A DNA stretch of 53,505 nucleotides from Acidobacterium sp. (GTDB lineage: Bacteria > Acidobacteriota > Terriglobia > Terriglobales > Acidobacteriaceae): NCBI GenBank assembly GCA_003167515.1, contig PMSS01000484.1, forward strand, positions 12,780 through 66,284, written 5' to 3'. The notes beneath the pieces are model-generated. The model was not told the DNA's origin. It saw nothing but the letters and a program-made list of their open reading frames with translations, and made no database searches. Below, one piece after another: positions 7,434 to 16,581 of the stretch. The translations under genes and the position numbers were made by a program. How positions within the stretch are numbered: the stretch's first letter is position 1; each line of letters opens with the position of its first letter.

Positions 7434-8816
7434 ATGATTGCTCGAATTCTGGTGATGATGGCGTTGGTGTGGGCGGCATCGGCGCCGGCCTGTTCTCAGA
7501 ACGGGGGGGCTCAGAACGGGGGATCTCAGAACGCGGCCCCGCCGGAAGCGGCTGCCGATCAGGGCGACGATGCGGCGATGGCTGCGCCGCCGTCGGCTGG
7601 TGGGATGGCGTTTTCGGCGAGAACGGGATCGGAAGAGCGATCGAATTACCTGAGCATCGGCGTTCTGGCCGGCGTTGGATACGATACAAACGTCTATTAC
7701 GGGGAGGGAATCGCGCCCGAGGCCGACGAGACGTATTCGATTCTGCCCACAGTGCAGATCGACCGAACCACCGAGCGGCTGCATGAGAACCTGTCGTACA
7801 ATCCGGGCTTTTTGTTCTACCAGAATGCGACGGTGCTCAACGAGGTGAGCGAGAACGCGACTGGGGAGATGGATTATCGGGTGAGCCCGCATTCGAATGT
7901 CAGTGTGTACGATTCATTTCTCAAGACCTCGAATGTCTTCAGCCAGCCTTATTCATTGTCGGGAGGAACGATATCGGGTTCACCGGGGACGCCGGGCGCG
8001 CTTGCGATCGCGCCATATGCGGATCAGATTCTCAATCACGGCGGGGGTCTCTACAGCTATCAGTTCAGCAAAGATGCGATGATTGGGGTGGGGGGCGGAG
8101 CATCGGAGCTGGATTACCCGAACAGCCGCGAGGCGGTGGGTCTCTATGACGCCAACACGTACAGCGGCAACGCCTTTTACAATCTGCGTCTTACCGGGCG
8201 CCAGTACATCGGGGTGACGGGAGACTATTTCAATATTACGGAGTCCGCGGTAACCGGGGGCGGTCGAACCCAGACGACGGCGGCATTACCTTTTTACACG
8301 TTTTATCCTCGAAAAAACATTTTCCTTTCGGTGTCAGGTGGGCCACAATATTACACTGCAACATTTCAGCCTGCTCCTCCCCTGAAAGGATGGGCTCCCA
8401 CAGTGATGGCCAGCGCGCACGCGGAAGTGGAGCGGGCGGCCTTTTCGGCAAGCTACCAGCGAACGGTGACAGCGGGCGGGGGTTTGCTGGGAGTATTTAC
8501 CACGAATGCCGGAAGCGCGGAATTCCGCCTGCAGCTGAGCCGCACCTGGGGGATTGGTTTCTCGGGCAGCTATACGAGCACGATCGCAGATGATGCAGGT
8601 CAGGTTGGGGTGTTAGCAGTGGCGGGAGAGAATGGGCACGTTGTCAGAGCGGCGGGTTCGGTGGCGCACAACCTGAGCCAGCGGGTGTCGGCGGAGGTGG
8701 GCTACGACTACCTGCGCCAGGACTACGCGGGAATTCCGGTCGTTGCCAACGCGCCCGACACGCAGCGGGTCTACGGAACGATCCTGTATCAGCTGAGAAG
8801 GCCGTTGGGGAGATAA
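7434..8816 (+). CDS. putative outer-membrane beta-barrel protein associated with the EPS export core
   Basis: Signal peptide MIARILVMMALVWAASAPA, then a low-complexity Q/N/G/A/P linker. The rest shows alternating-hydrophobicity strands rich in Y/G/S/T (GVGYDTNVYYG, SVYDSFLKTSNVFS, VGYDYLRQDY, YGTILYQL). Its position between the Wza-like and Wzz-like genes matches the uncharacterised barrel protein of PEP-CTERM-type EPS loci. Function is inferred. Confidence 0.55.
   Translation: MIARILVMMALVWAASAPACSQNGGAQNGGSQNAAPPEAAADQGDDAAMAAPPSAGGMAFSARTGSEERSNYLSIGVLAGVGYDTNVYYGEGIAPEADETYSILPTVQIDRTTERLHENLSYNPGFLFYQNATVLNEVSENATGEMDYRVSPHSNVSVYDSFLKTSNVFSQPYSLSGGTISGSPGTPGALAIAPYADQILNHGGGLYSYQFSKDAMIGVGGGASELDYPNSREAVGLYDANTYSGNAFYNLRLTGRQYIGVTGDYFNITESAVTGGGRTQTTAALPFYTFYPRKNIFLSVSGGPQYYTATFQPAPPLKGWAPTVMASAHAEVERAAFSASYQRTVTAGGGLLGVFTTNAGSAEFRLQLSRTWGIGFSGSYTSTIADDAGQVGVLAVAGENGHVVRAAGSVAHNLSQRVSAEVGYDYLRQDYAGIPVVANAPDTQRVYGTILYQLRRPLGR
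7496..7540 (+). repeat. 3 x 15-nt imperfect tandem repeat (tcagaacgggg...) encoding QNGGA-QNGGS-QNAAP
   Basis: tcagaac recurs at 7496, 7511 and 7526, a 15-nt period. It lies inside the N-terminal linker of the beta-barrel protein. Confidence 0.85.
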
Positions 8817-8819
8817 GAG

Positions 8820-10421
8820 ATGCCGGAAGATCAGGAAATCGAGGGTGCGGAACAGCCGGATATCGGCCGCTATCTGGACGTCGCCCGGCGGCGGTACGTG
8901 CATTTTCTGATCCCGATGCTGATTGGCTTTCTGGCGGTGTGGGGAGCGAGCTGGCTGATCAAGGCGCGTTACAAGTCGACCACGGTGATCCTGGTCGAGC
9001 AACCGAGCATGCCGAAGAATTACGTGATGTCGAACGTGAGCGAAGATCTGCAGGACCAGCTGGAGAGCATCTCGGCGCAGATCATGAGCCGCACGCATCT
9101 GCTGGATATCATCAATAAGTACAACCTTTATTCCGACCCGAAAAAGAAGATGAGCGCGGACGACAAGGTTGCGGCCATGACCAAGGCCATCGACGTCCAG
9201 CTGGTTCACGACGATCGGGGAGGCGGGGGAATCACCTCTTTTTCGATCGGTTTTTCGGCTGCCACTCCGCAGGTGGCCCAGGAGATCACGAGGGAGCTGT
9301 CGACAGCGGTGATCAGCCAGAACCTGCAGGTTCGGCAGCAGGAGTCGAAGAGTACCACGGATTTCCTGAAACAGCAGCTGGAGACAGCGAGGCAGGCGCT
9401 CGCGGTTCAGGAAGCACAGAAAGAGCAGTATGAGGCGGCCCATCAGGGAGCGTTGCCAGAGCAGATGCAGGCGAATGTTCAGATTCTTACAGGGTTACAG
9501 CAGCAGCTGCAGAACGAGCAGGAGGCGCTCAACAGCGCGGTGAGCCAGCGGGCGTATTTCCAGACGCTGATCGAGCAATACCACGCCATGCGGGCGCCGG
9601 CGAAGACAGCGGACGGGACGACTCCGGCGGACGTCACAACCATCGACGCGACGCTTGAAAAAGACAGGGCTCAGCTGGCCGACCTGAGCGCGCGCTACAC
9701 GGACAGCTATCCGGACGTGCAGTCGCTCAAAACCGAGATCGCGCGGCTGGAGAAGGAGCACGACCGGGCGCTGGCGGCGGCCAGCTCCGCGAAGCCGAAG
9801 GCGAATGCGGACGCGAGCGATGACACCGCGGAGGGGCCGAATTCACCGGTGGCGCAGCTGCAGGGGCAGTTGCGGGCCACTCAGGTGGATATCGCCAACA
9901 AAGAGCAGAGCATTGCGCGGCTGAAGACCCAGATCGGCGAGTATCAGGCGCGGATTGGCGCGGAACCGGCGAGCGAGGAACGGCTGGCGGAGCTGAATCG
10001 GGGATACGATCAGTCCAAGGCCAACTACGATGAGCTGCTCAAGAAGACAGACGATTCGCAGATGGCGACCAGCATGGAACAGATGCAGGTGGGGGAGCGA
10101 TTCTCGGTTCTTGACCCGCCGAGCCTGCCCTCGAAGCCGGATTTTCCCAACCGACTGAAGTTCTGCGCGATGGGAATCGGAGCCGGCCTGGCACTGGGCA
10201 TCCTTGTCGTCGCGGGGTTCGAAATTGCGGATGACCGTCTTTACCGGGAAAAGGAGATCAAGGATCTGCTTCCGATCGCAATCTTTGCCGAGATTCCGGA
10301 GATCACGAGTCCCCTGGACGAACGGAGAAGCAAGCGAAAGGCATATCTGGGATTTGCAACCGCTGCCCTGGTCCTGTTTGTTATCCTGGCCAGCTCAGCG
10401 ATCAGCTATCTGCACAGTTAA
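8820..10421 (+). CDS. polysaccharide chain-length determinant protein (Wzz/GumC family, PCP)
   Basis: N-terminal TM plus Wzz motif (FLIPMLIGFLAVWGASWLIKARYKSTTVILVE). A long Q/E/A-rich coiled-coil periplasmic region follows. The C-terminal part has the proline-rich FSVLDPPSLPSKPDFPNRLKF motif and a second TM (GIGAGLALGILVVAGF). Confidence 0.85.
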   Translation: MPEDQEIEGAEQPDIGRYLDVARRRYVHFLIPMLIGFLAVWGASWLIKARYKSTTVILVEQPSMPKNYVMSNVSEDLQDQLESISAQIMSRTHLLDIINKYNLYSDPKKKMSADDKVAAMTKAIDVQLVHDDRGGGGITSFSIGFSAATPQVAQEITRELSTAVISQNLQVRQQESKSTTDFLKQQLETARQALAVQEAQKEQYEAAHQGALPEQMQANVQILTGLQQQLQNEQEALNSAVSQRAYFQTLIEQYHAMRAPAKTADGTTPADVTTIDATLEKDRAQLADLSARYTDSYPDVQSLKTEIARLEKEHDRALAAASSAKPKANADASDDTAEGPNSPVAQLQGQLRATQVDIANKEQSIARLKTQIGEYQARIGAEPASEERLAELNRGYDQSKANYDELLKKTDDSQMATSMEQMQVGERFSVLDPPSLPSKPDFPNRLKFCAMGIGAGLALGILVVAGFEIADDRLYREKEIKDLLPIAIFAEIPEITSPLDERRSKRKAYLGFATAALVLFVILASSAISYLHS

Positions 10422-10433
10422 TCATGGGTCGCA

Positions 10434-11423
10434 ATGTATAAAGCTTTTTTTAAGCTGGCGCGCAATCCGTTCGACCTGACTCCGGACCCCACCTATTTTG
10501 TGTCGACCCGCCGGCATAACGAAGCGCTGGCCGCGCTCCATTATGGTATCCGGCGACATAAGGGATTTGTAGTTGTGACCGGTGAAGTCGGAACGGGAAA
10601 GACACTGCTGCTAAGGTGCCTGCTTCGCCTGCTGAAGGAAAGCAAGGATATTGCCTATGCCTATCTCTTCAACAGCCGGCTTTCTCCAGCGGAGTTTCTG
10701 CAATACATTCTGTCTGATTTCGGGCTTCCCGCTTCCGGGAAGAACAAGAGCGAGTTGTTGCTGGACCTCGGTCAGTTCCTGGTGTCGCGCGGATCGAAAG
10801 GACTGACGACCGTTCTCATCGTGGACGAGGCACATCATCTGTCCGAGGAATTGCTCGAAGAGGTGCGCCTGTTGTCCAATCTGGAGACGACGGACGACAA
10901 ATTGCTGCAAATCGTACTCGTCGGCCAACCTGAACTGGATCAGAAGCTGGATTCGATCGGGCTGCGCCAGTTGAAACAGAGGATTGCCCTGCGCGCCCAG
11001 CTAGGTCCCCTGGATGCAAAGGAGACCAAGGAGTATATCGAACATCGGCTGCGCGTTGCCGGAGCTGAGGGGGAGCCCGACGAGTTGTTCGGTCCCGAGG
11101 TCATTGAGGCGGTTTATCGTCACTCTCGGGGATTTCCGCGGCTCATCAATACGGTCTGCGAAAACGCGTTGATCATTGCTTACGCGCGGCAATTACCCAA
11201 AGTGACCGCGGATGTTGTGGAAGACGTAGCAAAAGAGTTTCGCCTCGATACAGCCTTCTTCAGCGATCCTGAAGGCAGCGGAACTCACGGCGAGATGGAC
11301 GTCCGCCAAGCGGCGAATGTCCTTCGCGATCTTTATTCGGCACTGCGCAAGCCGGTGTCGCGCAGTGCCGATTTGAATCTGCCTGTTTCTCTCAAAGCGA
11401 GTGAGTATGAGCCGAATATTTGA
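10434..11423 (+). CDS. ExeA/GspA-like AAA ATPase (secretion-ATPase type found in PEP-CTERM EPS loci)
   Basis: MYKAFFKLARNPFDLTPDPTYFVSTRRHNEALAALHYGIRRHKGFVVVTGEVGTGKTLLLRCLL is the characteristic ExeA N-terminus with a Walker A. Walker B is LIVDEAHHL. No peptidoglycan-binding C-terminal domain is visible. Confidence 0.85.
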   Translation: MYKAFFKLARNPFDLTPDPTYFVSTRRHNEALAALHYGIRRHKGFVVVTGEVGTGKTLLLRCLLRLLKESKDIAYAYLFNSRLSPAEFLQYILSDFGLPASGKNKSELLLDLGQFLVSRGSKGLTTVLIVDEAHHLSEELLEEVRLLSNLETTDDKLLQIVLVGQPELDQKLDSIGLRQLKQRIALRAQLGPLDAKETKEYIEHRLRVAGAEGEPDELFGPEVIEAVYRHSRGFPRLINTVCENALIIAYARQLPKVTADVVEDVAKEFRLDTAFFSDPEGSGTHGEMDVRQAANVLRDLYSALRKPVSRSADLNLPVSLKASEYEPNI

Positions 11424-12414
11424 CGCTCTGCAAAGATCGGAAGCTGAAAGATCAGGACGTAAATTAACTTCGGCTTCGGACGCGACCGAGCTGCTGCGCC
11501 ATGCTGAGCATCGGGCGGTGTCGGAATGGGAAGCGGGTGCTCCAGCGGAACGGGAATCCGCAGCAGCGCCGGAGCATGAGGTTGCTCGGAACGGAAAAAC
11601 CGCCTCTCTCGACGGCGCGGCGCCGGTGAAGGCCAATGGCGCTAAGAGTAAAGCCTCCGCCGTCGCTGAAGAGGCTGTTCCCCGCGAACTTCCTGAGATC
11701 TTCAGGCAGTTTAAGAAGTTGAGGATTTCTGCTCCTGCCCAGGGCCGGCTGGTGAGCGTTTCAGACAGGGACAGTCCGGCAGCAGAGGCCTTTCGGCTGC
11801 TGGCCGTGCGTTTGCGGCATCTCCGCCGCGATCGCCCGCTCAAAAAGCTTCTGATCACCAGTTCGAGTCCTCAGGAAGGGAAGAGCACATGCTCCGCAAA
11901 CCTGGCGTGCTCCCTGGCGCTTCGGGTTCAGCAGAGGGTTCTGCTGGTCGAAGGCGACATCCGGCGGCCGTCTCTGTCGCAGATGTTCACACTCTCGCCG
12001 AGGCCCGGAATCTGTGAATGGCTGCGGGAAGAACGGCAGCTGGAAGACTGCATCTACTTCCTCGAAGGTCCGGGTCTCTGGTTTATGCCTGCAGGTAGTT
12101 CGCCCAGCAATCCGCTGGAGGTATTGCAGTCCGGAAGGCCGGCGATTCTCCTCGAACAGCTGACTGGCCTGTTCGACTGGATCATCGTCGATTCGCCTCC
12201 GGTCCTGCCCCTGGCCGACACAAGCGTCTGGTCGCGTCTGGCCGATGGGATCCTTCTTGTGGTGCGTCAGGGAACTTCTGAGAAACGGAAGTTACGGAGA
12301 ACGGTGGATGCAATCGAGTCACAAAAACTGATCGGCGCGTTGCTGAACTCCTCCAAAAATGCCCCGGACGCCGATTATTACTACAGCCCGCGGCCGAGTC
12401 CAGGACCGGATTAA
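11407..12414 (+). CDS. cytosolic tyrosine autokinase (BY-kinase, CpsD/CapB-type, no transmembrane domain)
   Basis: Walker A (SSSPQEGKST), Walker A' (VLLVEGDIRRPS) and Walker B (WIIVDSPPVLP). The C-terminal Tyr cluster is DADYYYSPRP. The N-terminus MSRIFDALQRSE is typical of the kinase in exosortase-type EPS loci. The gene overlaps the ATPase gene by 17 nt; the track start is GTG 11401. Confidence 0.85.
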   Translation: MSRIFDALQRSEAERSGRKLTSASDATELLRHAEHRAVSEWEAGAPAERESAAAPEHEVARNGKTASLDGAAPVKANGAKSKASAVAEEAVPRELPEIFRQFKKLRISAPAQGRLVSVSDRDSPAAEAFRLLAVRLRHLRRDRPLKKLLITSSSPQEGKSTCSANLACSLALRVQQRVLLVEGDIRRPSLSQMFTLSPRPGICEWLREERQLEDCIYFLEGPGLWFMPAGSSPSNPLEVLQSGRPAILLEQLTGLFDWIIVDSPPVLPLADTSVWSRLADGILLVVRQGTSEKRKLRRTVDAIESQKLIGALLNSSKNAPDADYYYSPRPSPGPD

Positions 12415-12582
12415 CGTCCACGCGGCACCGTGTGGTTGTCCCGCCGACCCCGATTCAGGATGAACGGCCGGCGAAAAGAGAAACTCGAATTTACAAACAT
12501 TCATGGTAAGTTCAGAAAACACATCTGACTATTTTGCGTCCGCCGTTCGACCATTCGGTAATGCTCGAGAGAGGAGCGAGTT

Positions 12583-13731
12583 GTGACTCTGCCAAGGATC
12601 AATAAGTTATCAGATATGGTGGATCCTGTATTCGATGCGGCTGCCCATGGGGATCGCGAGGTTCTGAGCGAAGAGGCCTTCAGGCGGCGGATCGCGATCG
12701 AGCGAAAGCGCACGGAACGGTCGAGAGAACCGTTTCTGTTGATGCTGCTCGAAGCGGGAGTTCCGCAGAACGGCGACAAGGCCGATAAGACGCTGGAGGG
12801 CATCGTGTCGGCGATGCGGTCATCCACTCGCGAGACCGATGTGGTTGGCTGGTATAAGGATCGCAGTACGGTCGGGGTGATGTTTACCGGGCTGGTGGTC
12901 AGCGATAAGAATTCAGTCCTGAGCACGATTCTCGGGAGAGTGAGCGCCGCGCTTCAGGAAGAAGTATCGATGGAGCGATTTAATCAGATTACTTTTTCGT
13001 TCCACTTCTTTCCCGATGACTGGGACGAGGGCAGTTCCGGCCGCCCCAGTGATCCGGTCCTCTACCCGGACCTATTCAGTCCCAGCAGAGACCAGCGCTC
13101 TCAGCTGCGCGCGAAGCGTGCAATGGATATTGCGGGAAGCACCCTGATGCTGATCGCATGCATGCCTCTGTTCGCCATCATCGCGCTTCTCATCCGGGCA
13201 ACCTCCAGAGGCCCGATCCTGTTCAGGCAGGATCGGATCGGGCAGTATGGCCGGCGCTTCACGTTTCTGAAATTTCGATCGATGCGTGTCGATAATGACG
13301 AGACGGTACACAAGGAATACGTAAAGCGGCTGATTGCCGGCGTCGCGGAGCGTGTGCCAGTCAATGCAGATGGGCAGGGCGTTTACAAGCTCGTGGGCGA
13401 TAAGAGAATTACGTCGATCGGAAAGTTCCTGCGCAAGACAAGCCTCGATGAGTTACCCCAGTTTCTGAATGTTCTGAGAGGCGATATGTCGTTGGTCGGC
13501 CCGCGGCCGCCGGTTCCTTACGAGTTGGCGGCTTATCAGACCTGGCACCGGCGGCGGGTGCTGCAGGTAAAGCCGGGAATAACCGGCTTGTGGCAGGTTA
13601 CCGGCCGCAGCCGCGTCAGGTTCGACGACATGGTCCGGCTCGATCTGCGCTATGCAATTTCCTGGTCGCCCTGGCTGGACGTGAAGATACTCATGAAAAC
13701 GCCGGCCGCGGTGATTAAGGGAGCTTATTGA
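12583..13731 (+). CDS. initiating polyprenyl-phosphate sugar-phosphate transferase (Bac_transf/WbaP-EpsB type) with an N-terminal degenerate GGDEF-like domain
   Basis: The C-terminal half is a canonical bacterial sugar transferase: [73 protein letters not shown] and [10 protein letters not shown]. The N-terminal roughly 165 aa are cytoplasmic and resemble a GGDEF fold (see findings). The GTG start at 12583 is preceded by GAGGAG. Confidence 0.9.
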   Translation: MTLPRINKLSDMVDPVFDAAAHGDREVLSEEAFRRRIAIERKRTERSREPFLLMLLEAGVPQNGDKADKTLEGIVSAMRSSTRETDVVGWYKDRSTVGVMFTGLVVSDKNSVLSTILGRVSAALQEEVSMERFNQITFSFHFFPDDWDEGSSGRPSDPVLYPDLFSPSRDQRSQLRAKRAMDIAGSTLMLIACMPLFAIIALLIRATSRGPILFRQDRIGQYGRRFTFLKFRSMRVDNDETVHKEYVKRLIAGVAERVPVNADGQGVYKLVGDKRITSIGKFLRKTSLDELPQFLNVLRGDMSLVGPRPPVPYELAAYQTWHRRRVLQVKPGITGLWQVTGRSRVRFDDMVRLDLRYAISWSPWLDVKILMKTPAAVIKGAY

Positions 13732-13847
13732 GCGCCTCGAATCCGGGCAGATATCATCCATTCTGAACAGCATTTTCATCGGGCACCGGCGTCACGGCGC
13801 GCGGTGCGCATTCTTGTCGGCATTGGGGAAAGTGTGGTGACAGTCAC

Positions 13848-14846
13848 GTGAACTTCGGTGTAATCGGGTACGGTTACTGGGGACCCAATGTAGTGAGGAA
13901 CCTTGCCAGTCTGGAGGGCTCCCAGGTCTTATCCATTGCGGAGCTGAATCCCGCTGCGCAGGCGCGCGCGCGGAAGGCGTATCCGGGGATTCGTGTGACT
14001 GCCGACACGTCGGAAGTGCTCACTTCGCCGGATATCGATGCCATCGCAGTGATCACTCCGGTGTGGACGCATTATGAGCTGGCGAAGGCGGCGCTCGAGA
14101 ACGGGAAACATGTTTTCGTGGAGAAGCCTTTCACCAGCAACGTGGCGCAGGGTGAGAAGCTGATCGATCTGGCAACACGAAAAAACCTGCGAATCATGGT
14201 GGATCACACGTTTCTGTTCACCGGCGCGGTGAGGAAGATCTCGCAGCAGCTGAGAGAAGGAACTCTGGGAAAGCTGTACTACTACGATTCCACTCGAGTG
14301 AATCTGGGACTGTTCCAGCATGACATCAACGTGCTGTGGGATCTTGCGCCGCACGATCTTTCCATCATGGATTACGTAATCGATGGGAATCCGGAGGCGG
14401 TGGTCGCGACCGGGCAAAGCCATCTGAACTGCCACGAAGATGTCGCATTCATGACCCTGTACTTTCCGGAGAGTGTCATCGCCCACATCAACGTGAACTG
14501 GCTTTCGCCGGTGAAAGTGCGCACCACCCTGATTGGCGGCGAAAAGCGGATGCTGGTGTGGAACGACCTCGAGGCCGACGAAAAGGTCAAAGTCTACGAC
14601 AAGGGCGTCAATATCACGAATAACGAAGGCCTCTATTCCCTGCTGGTAAATTATCGCTCCGGCGACATGTGGTCCCCGCAACTGGAGCAGGTTGAGGCGC
14701 TGCGGCAGGAATTGTCTTACTTTGTGGATTGTATTTCCACCGGGCAGGATCCTTTCAACGATGGATGCGCCGGCCTGAGGGTGGTCAAGATGCTCGAGGC
14801 GGCCAGCGAATCGATGAGCAAGAGAGGGTCTTTAGTCTATCTATGA
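13848..14846 (+). CDS. Gfo/Idh/MocA-family NAD(P)-dependent sugar-nucleotide oxidoreductase (WlbA/WbpB-like 3-dehydrogenase candidate)
   Basis: MNFGVIGYGYWGPNVVRNL Rossmann start and the EKPF motif (KHVFVEKPFTSN). Gene order is oxidoreductase, acetyltransferase, aminotransferase. GTG start. Confidence 0.8.
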   Translation: MNFGVIGYGYWGPNVVRNLASLEGSQVLSIAELNPAAQARARKAYPGIRVTADTSEVLTSPDIDAIAVITPVWTHYELAKAALENGKHVFVEKPFTSNVAQGEKLIDLATRKNLRIMVDHTFLFTGAVRKISQQLREGTLGKLYYYDSTRVNLGLFQHDINVLWDLAPHDLSIMDYVIDGNPEAVVATGQSHLNCHEDVAFMTLYFPESVIAHINVNWLSPVKVRTTLIGGEKRMLVWNDLEADEKVKVYDKGVNITNNEGLYSLLVNYRSGDMWSPQLEQVEALRQELSYFVDCISTGQDPFNDGCAGLRVVKMLEAASESMSKRGSLVYL

Positions 14847-15337
14847 TTCCCTGCAACTGTATTGCGGATGACGTAAAACTTGGCTCCAATGTACGGCTTT
14901 CAACGTTCATCAATTTGTATGGATGCCGGATTGGTGACGAGACCAAAATCGGCGCGTTTGTGGAGATCCAGAAGAACGCGAGCGTGGGGAAGCGGTGCAA
15001 GATATCGAGCCATACCTTCATCTGCGAAGGCGTGGTCATCGAGGACAACGTGTTTATCGGTCACGGGGTCACGTTCATCAATGACAGCTTCCCGCGAGCG
15101 ACGGCGCCCGCGGGCGCGCTGCAAACCGAGGCGGACTGGAAGGTCGAGCCAACGGTGATCAGGAGGGGCGCGGCGATCGGCTCCGGGGCCACCGTGCTTT
15201 CCAATGTGAGCGTTGGCGAGAACGCAATCGTCGGCGCCGGCAGTGTTGTAACCAAAGATGTCCCACCGCATGCGATCGTGGCCGGCAATCCGGCCAGGGT
15301 CCTGCGTTATCTCAAAGAGAATGAAGAGGGGCTATGA
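14843..15337 (+). CDS. hexapeptide-repeat (left-handed beta-helix) sugar N-acetyltransferase (WlbB/WbpD-like)
   Basis: Hexapeptide repeats run throughout (IGDETKIGAFVEI, VGKRCKISSHTFI, IEDNVFIGHGVTF, IGSGATVLSNVSVGENAIVGAGSVV) and the protein ends in GNPARV. The ATG at 14843 overlaps the upstream stop (ATGA). The longer track ORF from 14729 would overlap the previous gene. Confidence 0.8.
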   Translation: MIPCNCIADDVKLGSNVRLSTFINLYGCRIGDETKIGAFVEIQKNASVGKRCKISSHTFICEGVVIEDNVFIGHGVTFINDSFPRATAPAGALQTEADWKVEPTVIRRGAAIGSGATVLSNVSVGENAIVGAGSVVTKDVPPHAIVAGNPARVLRYLKENEEGL

Positions 15338-16581
15338 CCTACATCTCGAATGAAATACCCTTTCTTGACCTCGTAACTCCACATCTGGAAATGGAGGAGG
15401 AACTCACCGGGGTATTTAGACAGGCGTTGCGCACCGCCGGATTTATCGGCGGACCAATGGTCGAGGAGTTTGAGCGCGCCTTCGCATCGTTTTGCGAAAC
15501 CAGCTATGCGGTTGGCCTCAACAGCGGGACCGACGCGCTGCGCTTTGCCATCATGGCCTGCGGAATTCAACCGGGCGACGTGGTGGTGACGGTGCCGCAC
15601 ACATTTATCGCCACGACGGAAGCGATCTCCCAGGCGGGAGCGATCGTCGAGTTTGTGGATATCGACGAGAACACGTACAACATGTCGGCCGAGAGGCTGC
15701 GGGTGTATCTGGAAGAAGAGTGCACGCGCGACCAGAAGGGGCGGCCCATCAGCCGGCGGAGCCAGCGCCCGGTGACGGCCGTTGTGCCTGTTCACCTGTA
15801 CGGGCAGATGGCGGACATGGATGCGATTCTCAGCCTGGCGAGCAAATACCAGCTGACCGTCATCGAAGACGCATGCCAGGCGCATGGCGCCGAGTACTTC
15901 TCCAGCAAGCTGAACCGCTGGATGAAGGCGGGAACGATGGGGCGCGCAGCGGCCTTCAGTTTCTATCCGGGCAAGAACCTCGGCGCCTGCGGCGAGGCCG
16001 GGGCGGCGACGACGAACGACCCCGATGTCGCGCGCACGATAAGAATGTTGCGCGATCACGGCCAGGCCAAGAAGTACCACCACGATATTGAGGGCTACAA
16101 CGGGCGGCTCGATGCCATTCAGGCTGGGCTGCTGCATGTGAAGCTGGCGCATCTGGCGACGTGGAATGCCCAGCGCCGCGATCGTGCCGCTGAATACGAC
16201 CGTCTCCTTCGAGGGAATGAAGCGGTGAAATGTCCCTTTGAGCCGTCGTGGTCGAAAGCCGTCTATCACCTGTATGTCATCCAGGTCGCCGATCGCGACG
16301 GGCTGATCAGCCATTTGAATGCGGCGGGGATCGGTTCGGGCGTTCATTACCCGGTTCCGCTGTATTTGCAGAAGGCCTACGCTGGCATGAACTACAGGGC
16401 AGAGGACTTTCCCGTGACCACGCGTGTGGCGTCGAGAATTCTGTCGCTGCCGATGTATCCGCAGCTGACGGCGGCGCAGCAGGCGCGCGTAGCCGAGGAG
16501 GTTCGGGCCTTTACGGCTAAGGCTTCGCGGCGGCCGGAGAAAGCGAAGAGCGCAGCCGTGCTGGCTGAAGTTGTCCGATGA
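15334..16581 (+). CDS. DegT/DnrJ/EryC1/StrS-family PLP-dependent sugar aminotransferase (WlbC/WbpE-like)
   Basis: IPFLDL...FIGGPMVEEFERAFASFCETSYAVGLNSGTDALRFAI...VPHTFIATTEAI, with FSFYPGKNLGACGEAG as the Lys-containing PLP region. ATGA overlaps at both ends. The 449-aa antisense ORF 15307..16656 is a shadow. Confidence 0.9.
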   Translation: MTYISNEIPFLDLVTPHLEMEEELTGVFRQALRTAGFIGGPMVEEFERAFASFCETSYAVGLNSGTDALRFAIMACGIQPGDVVVTVPHTFIATTEAISQAGAIVEFVDIDENTYNMSAERLRVYLEEECTRDQKGRPISRRSQRPVTAVVPVHLYGQMADMDAILSLASKYQLTVIEDACQAHGAEYFSSKLNRWMKAGTMGRAAAFSFYPGKNLGACGEAGAATTNDPDVARTIRMLRDHGQAKKYHHDIEGYNGRLDAIQAGLLHVKLAHLATWNAQRRDRAAEYDRLLRGNEAVKCPFEPSWSKAVYHLYVIQVADRDGLISHLNAAGIGSGVHYPVPLYLQKAYAGMNYRAEDFPVTTRVASRILSLPMYPQLTAAQQARVAEEVRAFTAKASRRPEKAKSAAVLAEVVR

